Shown: one piece after another, positions 38,318-48,439 of the stretch
How positions within the stretch are numbered: the first letter of the stretch is position 1
Layout: every line of letters begins with the position of its first letter
NCBI GenBank assembly: GCA_963814325.1
Contig: CAWFCK010000005.1
Coordinates: 131,383 to 195,382 of the forward strand
Length of the DNA stretch: 64,000 bases
Reading direction: 5' to 3'
Source of the DNA: an uncultured Flavobacteriales bacterium
Lineage (GTDB): Bacteria; Bacteroidota; Bacteroidia; Flavobacteriales_F; PHOS-HE28
Program-made: the position numbers and the translations under genes
Notes under the pieces: model-generated
Seen by the model: the letters and a program-made list of their open reading frames with translations, nothing else
What the model was told of the DNA's origin: nothing
Databases searched by the model: none

Positions 38318-38519
38318 TCTCATGGTGATCACGCGCGAAGGCCCGGAACCAACCGGATCCAGGCCTTCGTGCAAAACCAAAACCAACGGACAGGTGCTCA
38401 TGGGAAGCCCGTCCATTGTATAGACGCATCGCAAGGCGAAAAAGCTGCCTGAGGCCCGACCACATTTTCTTCACGGACCTTAAGGACGTTCACCGACCTC
38501 ACTGACCTGAGCGGTTTGG

Positions 38520-38700
38520 AGCTAAAAGCGCCGACCTCGCTTAGGTCCGCGCTGCAAGCGCGGACCGACAAAGCTTGTCCGACCGCGCATGCTGCGCGGT
38601 TGGGTGAGGTTCGCGCCTTTGGCGCAGAAGACGGCTCAGGCGCTGAAAGCGCTGACCTCGTTAGGTCCGCGCTGCAAGCGCGGACCGACACAGCTGACCA
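38520..38700. repeat. REP/BIME-like cluster of GC-rich hairpins, including a duplicated ~55-nt unit
   Basis: Units at 38521-38575 and 38642-38696 each contain the perfect hairpin ggtccgcgc-tgcaa-gcgcggacc (38544-38566 and 38664-38686). Additional hairpins accgcgc-atgct-gcgcggt and ttcgcgcc-ttt-ggcgc lie between them. The cluster sits between convergent genes. Confidence 0.8.
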
Positions 38701-38713
38701 GCAGCCGCCCGCC

Positions 38714-40912
38714 TCAGAATTTCGCGCCCAGCGTGAAATAGGCGTTGCGCCCCATACCCGGCAATAGACCTGGCCCAGGGTAGCCGCCAGCACGACGCGT
38801 GGCATACATCTCATCCAGCGCATTGTTCACACCTCCGGTCACGCTGATGCGTTCGCTCAGGGTCCACGTGCAACTCGCGTCCACTACGGTATATCCGGGG
38901 ATCCAACCCACGGTGGCCGCGGCGTTCGGCAGTTCCGTATTCGCCGCATCGCTGTATACCCCGTCGATCACATTCGCCTGCACGGTTGCGCTGACGCGCT
39001 TGTCGCGGTAGGTAAGGCCGGCGCGCAGGATGTTCTCCGGGGCATATTCCACGCGCTTGTCCGCGATGCTCCGCGTGGGGTCCTCGGATATGGCCGGGTT
39101 GTTCCAGCGGGTGTAGCGCGCATTCACGTAGGCGTAAGAGGCGAAGATCTGTAGGCGCGTGCTGGTGGAACGCCCGCGCAATGCGCGCAGCAGATCACAT
39201 TCGGCATAGGCTTCCACCCCGGTGCTCACCGAGGTGCCGATGTTCGTCTTCACGTTAACGCCATCCTTCACCAGTGTGCCGATACGGTCGTTGTAATGCA
39301 GGTAGAAGCCACCCACATCGAAGCGCAGCGCCTCACCCAGCGTCCCACGGTATCCACCATCAACATTGAAGCCCGAGGCATCCTGCAGGTCCGGATCGAT
39401 CACGTCCGTGGTGGCCGATGGCGTAAGGTCGCTGTACAGCACGGGGCGGTAGGCCTGGCTGAAGTTCGCGTAAGCCTGCGCGGTCGTGGTCACCTGGTAT
39501 TGCGTGCCCAGCCCGAACAGCGGCAGGGAGCGCGTGCGTTCCCCGCTGTCCACATCGCCGCTCCCATCGCTGTTGATGCGCCCGTCCACGCGGCTTTGGA
39601 TGTGCTCCATGCGCACACCGGGCACCACTACCAGTTTGTTGGTAAGTCGGAAGAGGTTCTCCACATAGAGCGCAGCATTGCGTGTACCCAGCTCGAGGTC
39701 TTTGGCGAAGGCCCCCGTGGTGGTCAGGTCGGCATCGCTGCCCGTGGTGCCAGGCGCCTGTTGCAGGCGGTGGTTGTCCGCCCCGTAACCTCGGATGCCC
39801 GCGGACAGCCATGATTCACGACCGAAGGCCGTCCAGCTGCGGCGCACGCGCAGTTCCACGCCCATGTTGGTGAAGCGGTCAAGGTCCACCTGGCGTGCGG
39901 CATAGTCGTTGGTGACGCTGTTGATGGTGTCCGGTTGGTTGATGGGTTTCACGAAGCCCACCTTGTTGGCCTCAGCGATCACGCCATAGACCTTCGCGTC
40001 CACCAGCGTGCGAGCGTCCGGCCGCCAATCCAGCGTGATGGCGCCCACGTTCCACGGGATGATCATCCAGTTGCGGGCGCGGCTGGAGCTGCGCGGATCC
40101 ACTTCGAACTGCGCGTCCGTGAGGCCACCGGGCTGCTGCTGTTCCACCTGGCTCCGCGTGTAAGCAAGGCCGAGGCGCATACGCGGGGTCACGGCATACT
40201 GCACACCCCCATGCAGTGTTGTAGTGGCATAGCGGGTGTTCTGCCGCCAGCCATCCGCGCCGCGGTGGTGCAGGAAGCCGTAGTAGTTCCACTTGCCCTT
40301 TGTGCCGCCCAATCCGTTGTAGCTGTCGTACAGGCCATAGGCCCCGAGGGTCTGGCGCGTTTCGAAGGCCAGGGGACGGTCCGCTACGCCCTTCTTCATC
40401 ACGAAGTTGACCATGCCACCGAACTGCGGACCGAAGGCCAGGGATGCCGCCCCGCGGACCACTTCGATGCGTTCCACCGCTTCCATCGGCGGGGTGTAAT
40501 AGCCCTCGGGATAACCGAACGCATCGGCTGCGATATCGTAGCCGTCCTGCCGCAGGTTGAACTCCCACGAGCGGTTGGGGCTTAATCCACGCGCGGCGAT
40601 GCCCAGCTGCACACCACTGCCATCATTCTCCCACACGCTGATGCCGGGCACCTTGGCGAAGACCTGGCGGGCCACGTTCAAGGAAAGGTCGGCGTTGAGG
40701 GCGGCGGGAGTGATCACCTCGGTCTTCTTGCCGGCCATCAGCACGGCGCCGAGCGTATCGCCCATGGGGCGCACCCCGGTACGGTAGGGGCCGATCACCT
40801 CGGCGGCACGAAGCTCACGGACACTAATGGAGTCGGATTGGGCGGTCAGCGTGATGGCCGGAAGGATGGCCAGGAACAGGAAAATGGAGCGGCACGTTTC
40901 GTTCTTCAACAT
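38714..40912 (-). CDS. TonB-dependent receptor (siderophore-receptor-like)
   Basis: ATG 40912 gives MLKNETCRSIFLFLAILPAITLTAQ. Plug domain (KKTEVITPAAL...VPGISVWENDGSG...RGLSPNRSWEFNLRQDGY). A 22-strand-type barrel follows, with the terminal strand NAYFTLGAKF. The frame is intact. Confidence 0.92.
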   Translation of the reverse strand: MLKNETCRSIFLFLAILPAITLTAQSDSISVRELRAAEVIGPYRTGVRPMGDTLGAVLMAGKKTEVITPAALNADLSLNVARQVFAKVPGISVWENDGSGVQLGIAARGLSPNRSWEFNLRQDGYDIAADAFGYPEGYYTPPMEAVERIEVVRGAASLAFGPQFGGMVNFVMKKGVADRPLAFETRQTLGAYGLYDSYNGLGGTKGKWNYYGFLHHRGADGWRQNTRYATTTLHGGVQYAVTPRMRLGLAYTRSQVEQQQPGGLTDAQFEVDPRSSSRARNWMIIPWNVGAITLDWRPDARTLVDAKVYGVIAEANKVGFVKPINQPDTINSVTNDYAARQVDLDRFTNMGVELRVRRSWTAFGRESWLSAGIRGYGADNHRLQQAPGTTGSDADLTTTGAFAKDLELGTRNAALYVENLFRLTNKLVVVPGVRMEHIQSRVDGRINSDGSGDVDSGERTRSLPLFGLGTQYQVTTTAQAYANFSQAYRPVLYSDLTPSATTDVIDPDLQDASGFNVDGGYRGTLGEALRFDVGGFYLHYNDRIGTLVKDGVNVKTNIGTSVSTGVEAYAECDLLRALRGRSTSTRLQIFASYAYVNARYTRWNNPAISEDPTRSIADKRVEYAPENILRAGLTYRDKRVSATVQANVIDGVYSDAANTELPNAAATVGWIPGYTVVDASCTWTLSERISVTGGVNNALDEMYATRRAGGYPGPGLLPGMGRNAYFTLGAKF

Positions 40913-41035
40913 GGCCGCAAAGGACTCCCACCCGATCCACCCTCCCAATACACTGATCGTGGTATACGCGTACCCGATCGTCCACGCCGGGTTGTTGATC
41001 GCTCCGGCCCCCAAATGCTCCCTGCAAAGCTGCCC

Positions 41036-42475
41036 TCAGGGCTTGCGGGATATGGCTGCCAAGCCCGCCATGGTCAGCGCCGCATTCACCAGCAGCACCT
41101 CGAAGCCCATCTGGTACCCGAAGAACAGTCCGTACTGTAGGTCGCGAGCACGTAGGTGACCACCGGGGCCAGCACGACAGACCAATGGCACCAGCCCGTC
41201 CTGCGGCGTGCGCGCAGAAGAGGCCGAACGCGAATAGCCCCAGCAGCGGACCATAGGTGTAGCCTGCGATCTTCAGCAGGGTATCGAGCACCGTGCCGCT
41301 GTCCAGCCAGGCGAAGAACATGATGCAGGCCATGAAGAGGCGCCGCGAACCCGAGGTGGACACGCTGGCGCACCTGCTTCTGCTTGGCTTCGGCCCAACC
41401 GCGGTCGTGCGTGCCGATCAGGTCCAGGCAGGTGCTGGCGGTGAGCGCCGTGAGGGCGCCATCCGCACTGGGGAAGAGCGCGCTGATGAGCCCGATGATG
41501 AAGAGCAGCCCGAGCCAGGGCGGGAAGTGTTGCAGCGCCAGAGTGGGGAACAGGTCATCGCCGCGTCGCCGGTGCTTGATACCGGCATGCTGCACGTGCA
41601 GGTAGAACAGCGCTCCGAGAAGCAGGAAGAGCATGTTCACCCCGAGGAGGATCACGCTGAACACGCGCATGTTCTTCTGCGCATCGCCCACGGTCCGTAC
41701 GCTCAGGTTCTTCTGCATCATCTCCTGGTCCAGCCCGGTCATGGCGATGGTGATGAAGATGCCGCTGAGGATCTGCTTCATGAAAAAGCCGTCGCTGCGC
41801 CAGTCGGTATTGAACACCTGCAGCATGCCGCTGGCCGAAAGCTCCGTGCTCCAGTTGGCCATGCCGTCCTGTTGCGTGATGAAGACCACGGTGCCCACCA
41901 GCGCCGCCAGCATGAAGAGCGTTTGCAGCGTGTCGGTCCACACGATGGTCTTCACGCCACCGCGCAGGGTGTACAGCACGATCATCAGCAGCACCACCGC
42001 ACTGGTCAGCCAGAAGGGCACGCCCAGCCCGGCCAGCACGAACAGATGCAGCACATGCAGCACGAGGTAGATGCGGATGGTGGCGCCCAAGGTGCGGCTG
42101 AGGATGAAGAACGAGGCGCCCGTGCGGTAGGTCACCTCGCCGAAGCGTTGCTTCAGGTAGCCATAGATGCTGGTGAGCTGCAGCTTGTAGTAGAGCGGAA
42201 GCAGCACGCCCGCCACCACCCAGTAACCGATCACATAGCCGATCACCACTTGCAGGTAGCTCCAGTGCTTCGCCGCCACACCGCCCGGCACACTTATGAA
42301 GGTGACACCGCTGAGGCGAGGTGCCGATCATGCCGAAGGCCACTACATACCACAGGCTCTTCTTGTCGCCGCTGAAGAAGGCATGTTCCCCCGCCCCGCG
42401 ACTGGTGTACCACGCAATGGCCAGCAGCACCAGGAAGTAGCCGAAGACGATGGACAGGAGAAGCGTGGGGCTCAT
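41036..42475 (-). pseudogene. sodium:solute symporter (SSF) family gene with about five frame disruptions (about 42322, 41345, 41215, 41175, 41130)
   Basis: Fragments in ORFs 41555..42493 (MSPTLLLSIVFGYFLVLLAIAWYTS...), 41086..42291 (main body), 40824..41363 and 41036..41254 (C-terminal FFGYQMGFEVLLVNAALTMAGLAAISRKP) tile one SSF protein across all three frames. Confidence 0.75.
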
Positions 42476-42654
42476 GCCGTCAAAGCAAATCAACGTTCCG
42501 AACGCTCAACCGGACCACGGTGATGAATTGTCCCACATCGCATTGTGGAGCGATCGCGAATAAAAATGCTCCATGGGCAGCGGAAGCCCGACACCCGCTG
42601 TCATGCATACGAGAGCAAGGTCGATCGATATCGAGTAACCCAACCCCTAACGCC

Positions 42655-44757
42655 ATGACCACCTGCACTACCCGCTTTCTGTGCATCACAGCCCTATTGA
42701 CAACGGCCCTTGCCGCAAGCGCCCAAGGCGTGATCATCCGATGACGCCAGCACGGGCGACCTGCTGCCGATCGGCATGAGCCACATCACGGCGAACATCG
42801 AGGACCAGGTGGCGCTGGTGTCCAGTGCGCAGCGTTTCACCAACGGCACGGCGGACTCACTTGTGGTGAAGTATGCATATCCCCTTCCGTCAATGGGCAG
42901 TGCCACACGTCTGCGCTGGATGCTCCCGACAGCGCCTGGCGAACGGCCTCGATGGTGGCGCAGCCACAGGACACCACACTGCCCGGCATGGGGGGCGGTG
43001 CCGGAATGGACCCACAACTACAGGACTATTTGGGGGATTCGCCGCTCTATTTCACCATCAGCGAGCCCGTGCCACCGGGGGGATGGATGAACGTGGAACT
43101 CTCCTATGTGGAACTTCTGCCCTACGCCAACGCGCGGGTGCAGCTGATCTCGGAAAGCGACTACGCACAAGTGCTCAATGCCGACCTGCCCGAAATGACC
43201 CTCGACATCTCGGTGCGCTCGCAACGGGCCATTCTCGGTATCGATATCGCCGGCACAGGTTCCTGGTCGCCGACCGCCGACCAGTCATACATATCCAGCG
43301 ATTCGGCCTATCTCCATGTGGATGATGTCGAACGTTCCCCCGAGTTGCGGGTTCGCCATCGGTTACGACCTCGACCCCGGCGCTTACGGGCTCACCTGCC
43401 TGTCCAACTACTTACCGGACTCCCTGGTAAAGTGCGATCAGATGGCCAACGGGTTCTTCGCTGTTGCTGATCGAACCGGAACCTTCGAGCGAAGTGGTGG
43501 ACAAGGACTTCGTGATCGTGATCGACCATTCGGGCAGCATGGTCGGTACCAAGATGGAAGAGGCAAGGATGCCGCCGACGTTCATGGTGAGCAATTTAAA
43601 TGCAGGAGATGAATTCAACGTGATCGCGTTCGACAGACGACAATATCCGTTGGAACGCCGACCTGCAACCGTTCAATGCAGCGAACATGCTGTCGGCGCT
43701 CAATTGGATCGATAGGGGTGATGCGGAAGGGCGGCACCAATATAAACGGTGCTGTGAGCGAGGGGATCAAGACTTCACCGACCTCCACACCGGGGCACGC
43801 GCGATCGCTGGTGTTCCTGACGGACGGACAGGACAACACCACCTCCACCCCCACCATCCTGGCCACGGCACTGCAGTTGCGGCAGTCCATCGCGCCTGAC
43901 CTGCAGCTGTTCACCTTCGGCATCGGTGAGGGGCTTCAACGAACAGTTGCTGAACCAGCTGGCCGTGCAGAACAATGGCGTATCGCAATTCCTCGAAGCG
44001 GCCAACTTCTCACAAGGTGATGAGCGATTTCTACACCCAGATCCAGAACCCCGTGCTGCTGGACCCCACGGCCACCTTCGACACCCGATGTCGCAGGAAC
44101 ACTCTATCCCCAACCACTGCTGGGGCTTTTCGTGGGACAACAGATGGCCCTTGTGGGGCGATATTCCGTTCCGGGACCAACGAACCTGCACCTGGACGGT
44201 TTCGCCTCCGGAAGTCCGGTCTCCTTCGACTTCACTTTCGACCTCACGGACACCTTCAACGAGGACAAGCTCTTCATCCCGAAGATCTGGGCGCAGAAGG
44301 CCGTGGATGCCTTGGTGAACGAGTACTACAGCTATGCGGACGGATCGGATGAGGCCGAGATGATCCGGGACAGCATCGTGAGCTTCAGCATGTGCTACGG
44401 CATCGGCAGCCCCTTCACCAGCTTCACCGACGTCGGTGGCGGCGGCGGTGCGATCGGGATGGAGGAGGAACAGGACAATGTCGAGAACAATGGCGTTGCC
44501 GTATTCCCCGAACCCTCTCTATCGGAGGAGGACGTCGTCTTCGACCTGAGCGCCCTGGTCAGAAATGGACCAGTGTTCATCCGCATCTACGACGCGCTGG
44601 GCCAGTTGCTGTATGAGCAGGACGTCACGGCGTTTTGTGGGGCCACATGGACCTGGAACGGACTGGACAGCACTGGGCAGGCAACGAAAGGTGCGCTTGT
44701 TTATCGCATCGATAATGGACTGGTCATACGAACTGGTCGATTGACGCGGATCATTAA
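42655..44757 (+). pseudogene. VIT + von Willebrand factor A domain protein with probable T9SS CTD, carrying at least nine frame disruptions
   Basis: Signal peptide MTTCTTRFLCITALLTTALAASAQ. VIT-like segment SHITANIEDQVALVSSAQRFTN...VKYAYPLP. MIDAS motif FVIVIDHSGSM, plus GGTNINGAV and LVFLTDGQDN. CTD-like segment VAVFPEPS...IRIYDALGQLL...VYRIDNGLVIRTGRLTRI. The pieces are spread over ORFs 42520, 42776, 42952, 43316, 43464, 43687, 43676, 43926, 43975 and 44132. The 3' end is inferred (TAA at 44755 in the adjacent frame); the sequenced frame stays open to 45010. Confidence 0.7.
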
Positions 44758-45000
44758 GTCACTCAGCTCGATCACGTACGAACCATACAGTAGGCATTCC
44801 TGCAACCAGATCCGGAAGATCCACCCTCATTGGATGCTTCAAAGCGGGAAGGGTCCCGCGTGTTACATTTGCCGCCGGGGGCAAGTCTCGTACGTCCAGC
44901 TCCCGCCTAATCCCCCAGGGTCGGAAGACAGCAAGGGTAAGCGGTTGAGCGGAGCGATGCGAGTAGCTTGCCCCTCTTCTTTGGGGGTAACCGGAGTTAC

Positions 45001-45035
45001 CAATTCCTGATTCCTAATTCCGAATTCCTAATTGG
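45001..45035. repeat. degenerate heptanucleotide tandem repeat (NNATTCC, 5 units)
   Basis: The units read caattcc tgattcc taattcc gaattcc taattgg. It has the same ATTCC core as the repeat at 3534-3589. Confidence 0.65.
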
Positions 45036-45067
45036 TGGGGATCGCAGATCCTTCCGTACTTCACGCC

Positions 45068-45872
45068 ATGTCCTTCACACCCAAGGTCGTTCTGGTAACC
45101 GGAGGCAGCAGCGGCCTGGGCCATGCCATTTGCCAGCGGCTTACGGCCCTGGGGCATCACGTGGTGGGCACGGGTCGCAAGCCCATGGCCCAACCCAACG
45201 GTTGGGAGCTGGTCGCGATGGACGTTACGGACGAGGCCAGTATCCAGCGCGCGGTGCAGCAGGTCGTTGGACAAGCATAGTCGTATTGACGTGGTGGTGA
45301 ACAATGCCGGCCTTGGGATACAAGGGCCAGCCGAGGATGTGGACGTGGCCCTGGCCCAGAAGCTGTTCGATGCCAACCTATTCGGCGTTCACCGGGTGTG
45401 CCGTGCGGTACTGCCGCAAATGCGGTCACAGAAGAGCGGGCTGATCATCAACATCAGCAGTCTGGCGGCCAACTTCGGCCTGCCCTACCGCGCATTTTAC
45501 AGCGCCAGCAAGGCCGCGGTGGACCGCTACGGCGAGGCCTTGAGCATCGAGCTGAAGCCCTTCGGCATCCACGTGGTCACGGTGCAGCCCGGCGAGTTCA
45601 AGACCAACATCGCCACAACGCGCCTGCGTCCTGCCACTGTGAGCGCGCACTACGCAGCGGGATACAACCGGGCCATGGAGATCCTGGGGGGAAGCATGCA
45701 TTACAGTCGCGATCCCGATGAACTGGCCGTTGTGGTGGCAAGGATCATCGCCTCGCCCCATCCCAGGAGCGTGTACCATGTGGCCGAGGGCAAGCAGAAG
45801 CTGAGCGTGCTGCTGAAGAAGCTGCTGCCTGGACGGATGTTCGAGCGGATGGTGGGCAAGCACTACGAGTGA
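45068..45872 (+). CDS. SDR-family oxidoreductase; 1-nt frame disruption near 45268
   Basis: VVLVTGGSSGLGHAI (ORF 45032..45280) joins IDVVVNNAG...ISSLAANFGLPYRAFYSASKAAV (ORF 45123..45872). Confidence 0.88.
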
Positions 45873-46020
45873 AGGGGTGTGTTTTCACCGCAACGACGCA
45901 ACGGTAACGCCGCGCAAATACCGTGAAGGGGCTTCCTACCTGTCAGGCGGACGCGAAGAATGCGTGGGTCTCGCAGAGGGGCACAGTGGGCGATCCAGTA
46001 CCTTGGGGACACTGACGTAG
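45873..46020. repeat. inverted partial copy of the mosaic intergenic repeat
   Basis: ttttcaccgcaacgacgcaacggtaacgc is the reverse complement of the GCGTTNCCGTTGCGTCGTTGCGGT(A/G)AAAA block. tctcgcagaggggcacagtggg matches the reverse complement of the CTCTGYG nonamer run. Confidence 0.55.
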
Positions 46021-46042
46021 CTTTCGAGTTCAACCTGCAACC

Positions 46043-47713
46043 ATGCACCACTCGACCCTTCTGCTCTCCTCAGCACTATTCGCTTCCCATGCATTCGGCC
46101 AGTGGACAAGCAACCCACTGGTGAACACCACCGTGCGCGATGGCAACGGGGTGACCGCTGCAACACCCCTGATGACCGACGGCCCCAATGGCGGCACATA
46201 CATCAGTTGGTTCGATCAACAGTCCACAGGCTATCAGTTGCGCATGCAATTGCTGGATGCGGACGGGATGGCGCAGTGGCCTATCGAAGGATCGGTGGTG
46301 AGTGACCATCCGCAGAACACGGCCTTGTTCCGCTACGATCTGAAAACGGATCACGCGGGCAATGCGCTTGTGGCCTTCCAGGACGAACGCACGGGACAGT
46401 TGGACATCGTGGTGTACAAGGTCTCCCCTGCAGGCGACATGCTCTGGGGTACGGATGGCATCGCGCTCACCGACCCTGCGTCCACCGGGGGATTGGCCCC
46501 CGCGATCGGTGTGTTGGCGAACAATGACGTGATCATTGCCTGGAGCGCCGACAACGCCACGGACAAATGGGTGGCGTACCAGTGGATCAGCGCGGACGGA
46601 ACGCCGCAATGGGCCACACCGCACCAGATCCCCGGACCGGCCAACTACTCCAGGCCCGACCTGGTCGGTACGAGCGACGGAGGCTATATCCTGCAGTACG
46701 TGGAGGAGACCGGCAATTTCCCGTTCATCTGCAACATGTATGCGCAGCGCTACTCCGCCGATGGCGTGGCGCAATGGCCCGCTGCCACCCATGTTTCCAC
46801 CAAGACCATTTCCTTCTTCTTCTTCCCCGAGCTCACCGCGGATGGGCATGATGGTTACTACCTCTCCTTCAACACAGGGAACCCGGGGAACGCGGCGTTA
46901 ACGGATGTCTATGTCCAACGGGTGAAGTCCGATGGGAGCACATGGAGCGCCACGGGCACCGAAGCAATAACCGGTACAAGCACCCAGCGGTACGGCGGGC
47001 ATCTGGCCGTGATCAACGACCCGATGGGCCTGATGGTACCGGTCCAGGTGACCAACACGGCACAAAGCGCCGGCGGCATCAACGTTCAGCGCTTGGATAC
47101 GGCCGGCGTGGTGCAACTGGGGAGCAGTGGTGCTGAGGTCGTGGCCCAGAGCGCGCAACTCCCGTCTCCCGACGGCGTGGCCAGCACCGGTGACGGCTGC
47201 ATCGTGGTGTACAGCGAAGGGGGCTTCGGGCAGGAGCACCTGCGAGCGGCCCGGGTCGGTGTCGCGGGGGATCTCGTCTGGAACCCGGCGCTCGTGGACC
47301 TATGCAGCACCAACAGCAACAAGGACGATGCGGCATGCAGCAGGTTCGGCAACAACGGCCAGGTGGTGACCGTGTGGCAGGATGATCGCCTTAGTTCGGG
47401 TGTCTATGCGCAGAACATCACGGGCGACGGTGATCTGGGCATCATCACCAGCATTGCCGAAGGAGCCGGGGCGGCCCAAGGCCTGTCGGTGTGGTACAGC
47501 GAGGGTCAGATCGGAGCGCAGATGGCGGAGCAGCTGGATGGACCGGCCATGTTGCAGATCATGGACCTCAGCGGTCGCGTGCTCGTATCGCGAACGATCA
47601 CGTTGGCGAACGGCCGGGTGAGTTATCCACTTACTCCCCTTCCAAGGGCCTGTTATCTATTGGAGATCAGGGCCATGGGCACTGTTGAAAGGACGCGCTT
47701 CGTGACCCACTGA
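46043..47713 (+). CDS. secreted repeat protein (propeller-like DG..W repeats) with probable T9SS CTD
   Basis: Signal peptide MHHSTLLLSSALFASHAFGQ. Recurring motifs ADGMAQW, AGDMLWG, ADGTPQW, ADGVAQW, SDGSTWS, AGDLVWN. C-terminal beta-sandwich-like tail MLQIMDLSGRVLVSRTI...CYLLEIRAMGTVERTRFVTH. Confidence 0.75.
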   Translation: MHHSTLLLSSALFASHAFGQWTSNPLVNTTVRDGNGVTAATPLMTDGPNGGTYISWFDQQSTGYQLRMQLLDADGMAQWPIEGSVVSDHPQNTALFRYDLKTDHAGNALVAFQDERTGQLDIVVYKVSPAGDMLWGTDGIALTDPASTGGLAPAIGVLANNDVIIAWSADNATDKWVAYQWISADGTPQWATPHQIPGPANYSRPDLVGTSDGGYILQYVEETGNFPFICNMYAQRYSADGVAQWPAATHVSTKTISFFFFPELTADGHDGYYLSFNTGNPGNAALTDVYVQRVKSDGSTWSATGTEAITGTSTQRYGGHLAVINDPMGLMVPVQVTNTAQSAGGINVQRLDTAGVVQLGSSGAEVVAQSAQLPSPDGVASTGDGCIVVYSEGGFGQEHLRAARVGVAGDLVWNPALVDLCSTNSNKDDAACSRFGNNGQVVTVWQDDRLSSGVYAQNITGDGDLGIITSIAEGAGAAQGLSVWYSEGQIGAQMAEQLDGPAMLQIMDLSGRVLVSRTITLANGRVSYPLTPLPRACYLLEIRAMGTVERTRFVTH

Positions 47714-47764
47714 GCCGCTCTACCTTCGCGCACCGCCACCGGAAAAGATCGGGGCGACCTACGC

Positions 47765-48436
47765 ATGAAATTCTTCATCGATACCGCGAGCCTCAGCCAG
47801 ATCAAGGAAGCCCAGGACCTGGGCGTGTTGGACGGCGTTACCACCAACCCGAGCCTGATGGCCAAGGAAGGCATCAGCGGCGACGAGCGGGTGATCCAGC
47901 ACTACATCGATATCTGCAACATCGCAACGGGCGATGTGAGCGCCGAGGTCATCAGCACCGACTACGCCGGCATGATCCGTGAAGGCGAGAAACTCGCCGC
48001 CCTGCACCCGAACATCGTGGTGAAGGTGCCGATGATCCGCGATGGGGTAAAGGCCATCAAATACTTCACCGGCAAGGGCATCAAGACCAACTGCACGCTG
48101 GTGTTCAGCGCGGGTCAGGCGTTGCTGGCGGCCAAGGCCGGAGCCACCTACGTTTCGCCCTTCATCGGGCGGTTGGACGATGTAAGCACCGATGGTGTGG
48201 CCCTGATCGCCCAGATCCGGCGGATCTACGACAACTACGGCTATACCACGCAGATCCTGGCCGCCAGCATCCGCCACCCTATGCACATCATCCAGTGCGC
48301 CGAGGTGGGCGCCGATGTGGCCACCTGCCCGCTGAGCGCGATCGTGGCCCTCTTCGACCATCCGCTCACCACCATCGGGCTCGAGAAGTTCCTGGCCGAC
48401 CATAAAAAGGCCGCCCAACAGCCCGCCAAGGCCTGA
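47765..48436 (+). CDS. fsa: fructose-6-phosphate aldolase / type 3B transaldolase
   Basis: [31 protein letters not shown]...VVKVP...[11 protein letters not shown]...SPFIGRLDD. Confidence 0.93.
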   Translation: MKFFIDTASLSQIKEAQDLGVLDGVTTNPSLMAKEGISGDERVIQHYIDICNIATGDVSAEVISTDYAGMIREGEKLAALHPNIVVKVPMIRDGVKAIKYFTGKGIKTNCTLVFSAGQALLAAKAGATYVSPFIGRLDDVSTDGVALIAQIRRIYDNYGYTTQILAASIRHPMHIIQCAEVGADVATCPLSAIVALFDHPLTTIGLEKFLADHKKAAQQPAKA

Positions 48437-48439
48437 GGC

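Noticed and set aside
44758-45010. The C-terminal 84 codons of ORF 44132..45010, after the T9SS-like tail.
   Set aside because: The composition changes abruptly (SLSSITYEPYSRHSCNQIRK...) and the frame runs into the heptamer repeat. A TAA in the adjacent frame at 44755 fits the expected CTD end, so this is probably read-through caused by another indel.
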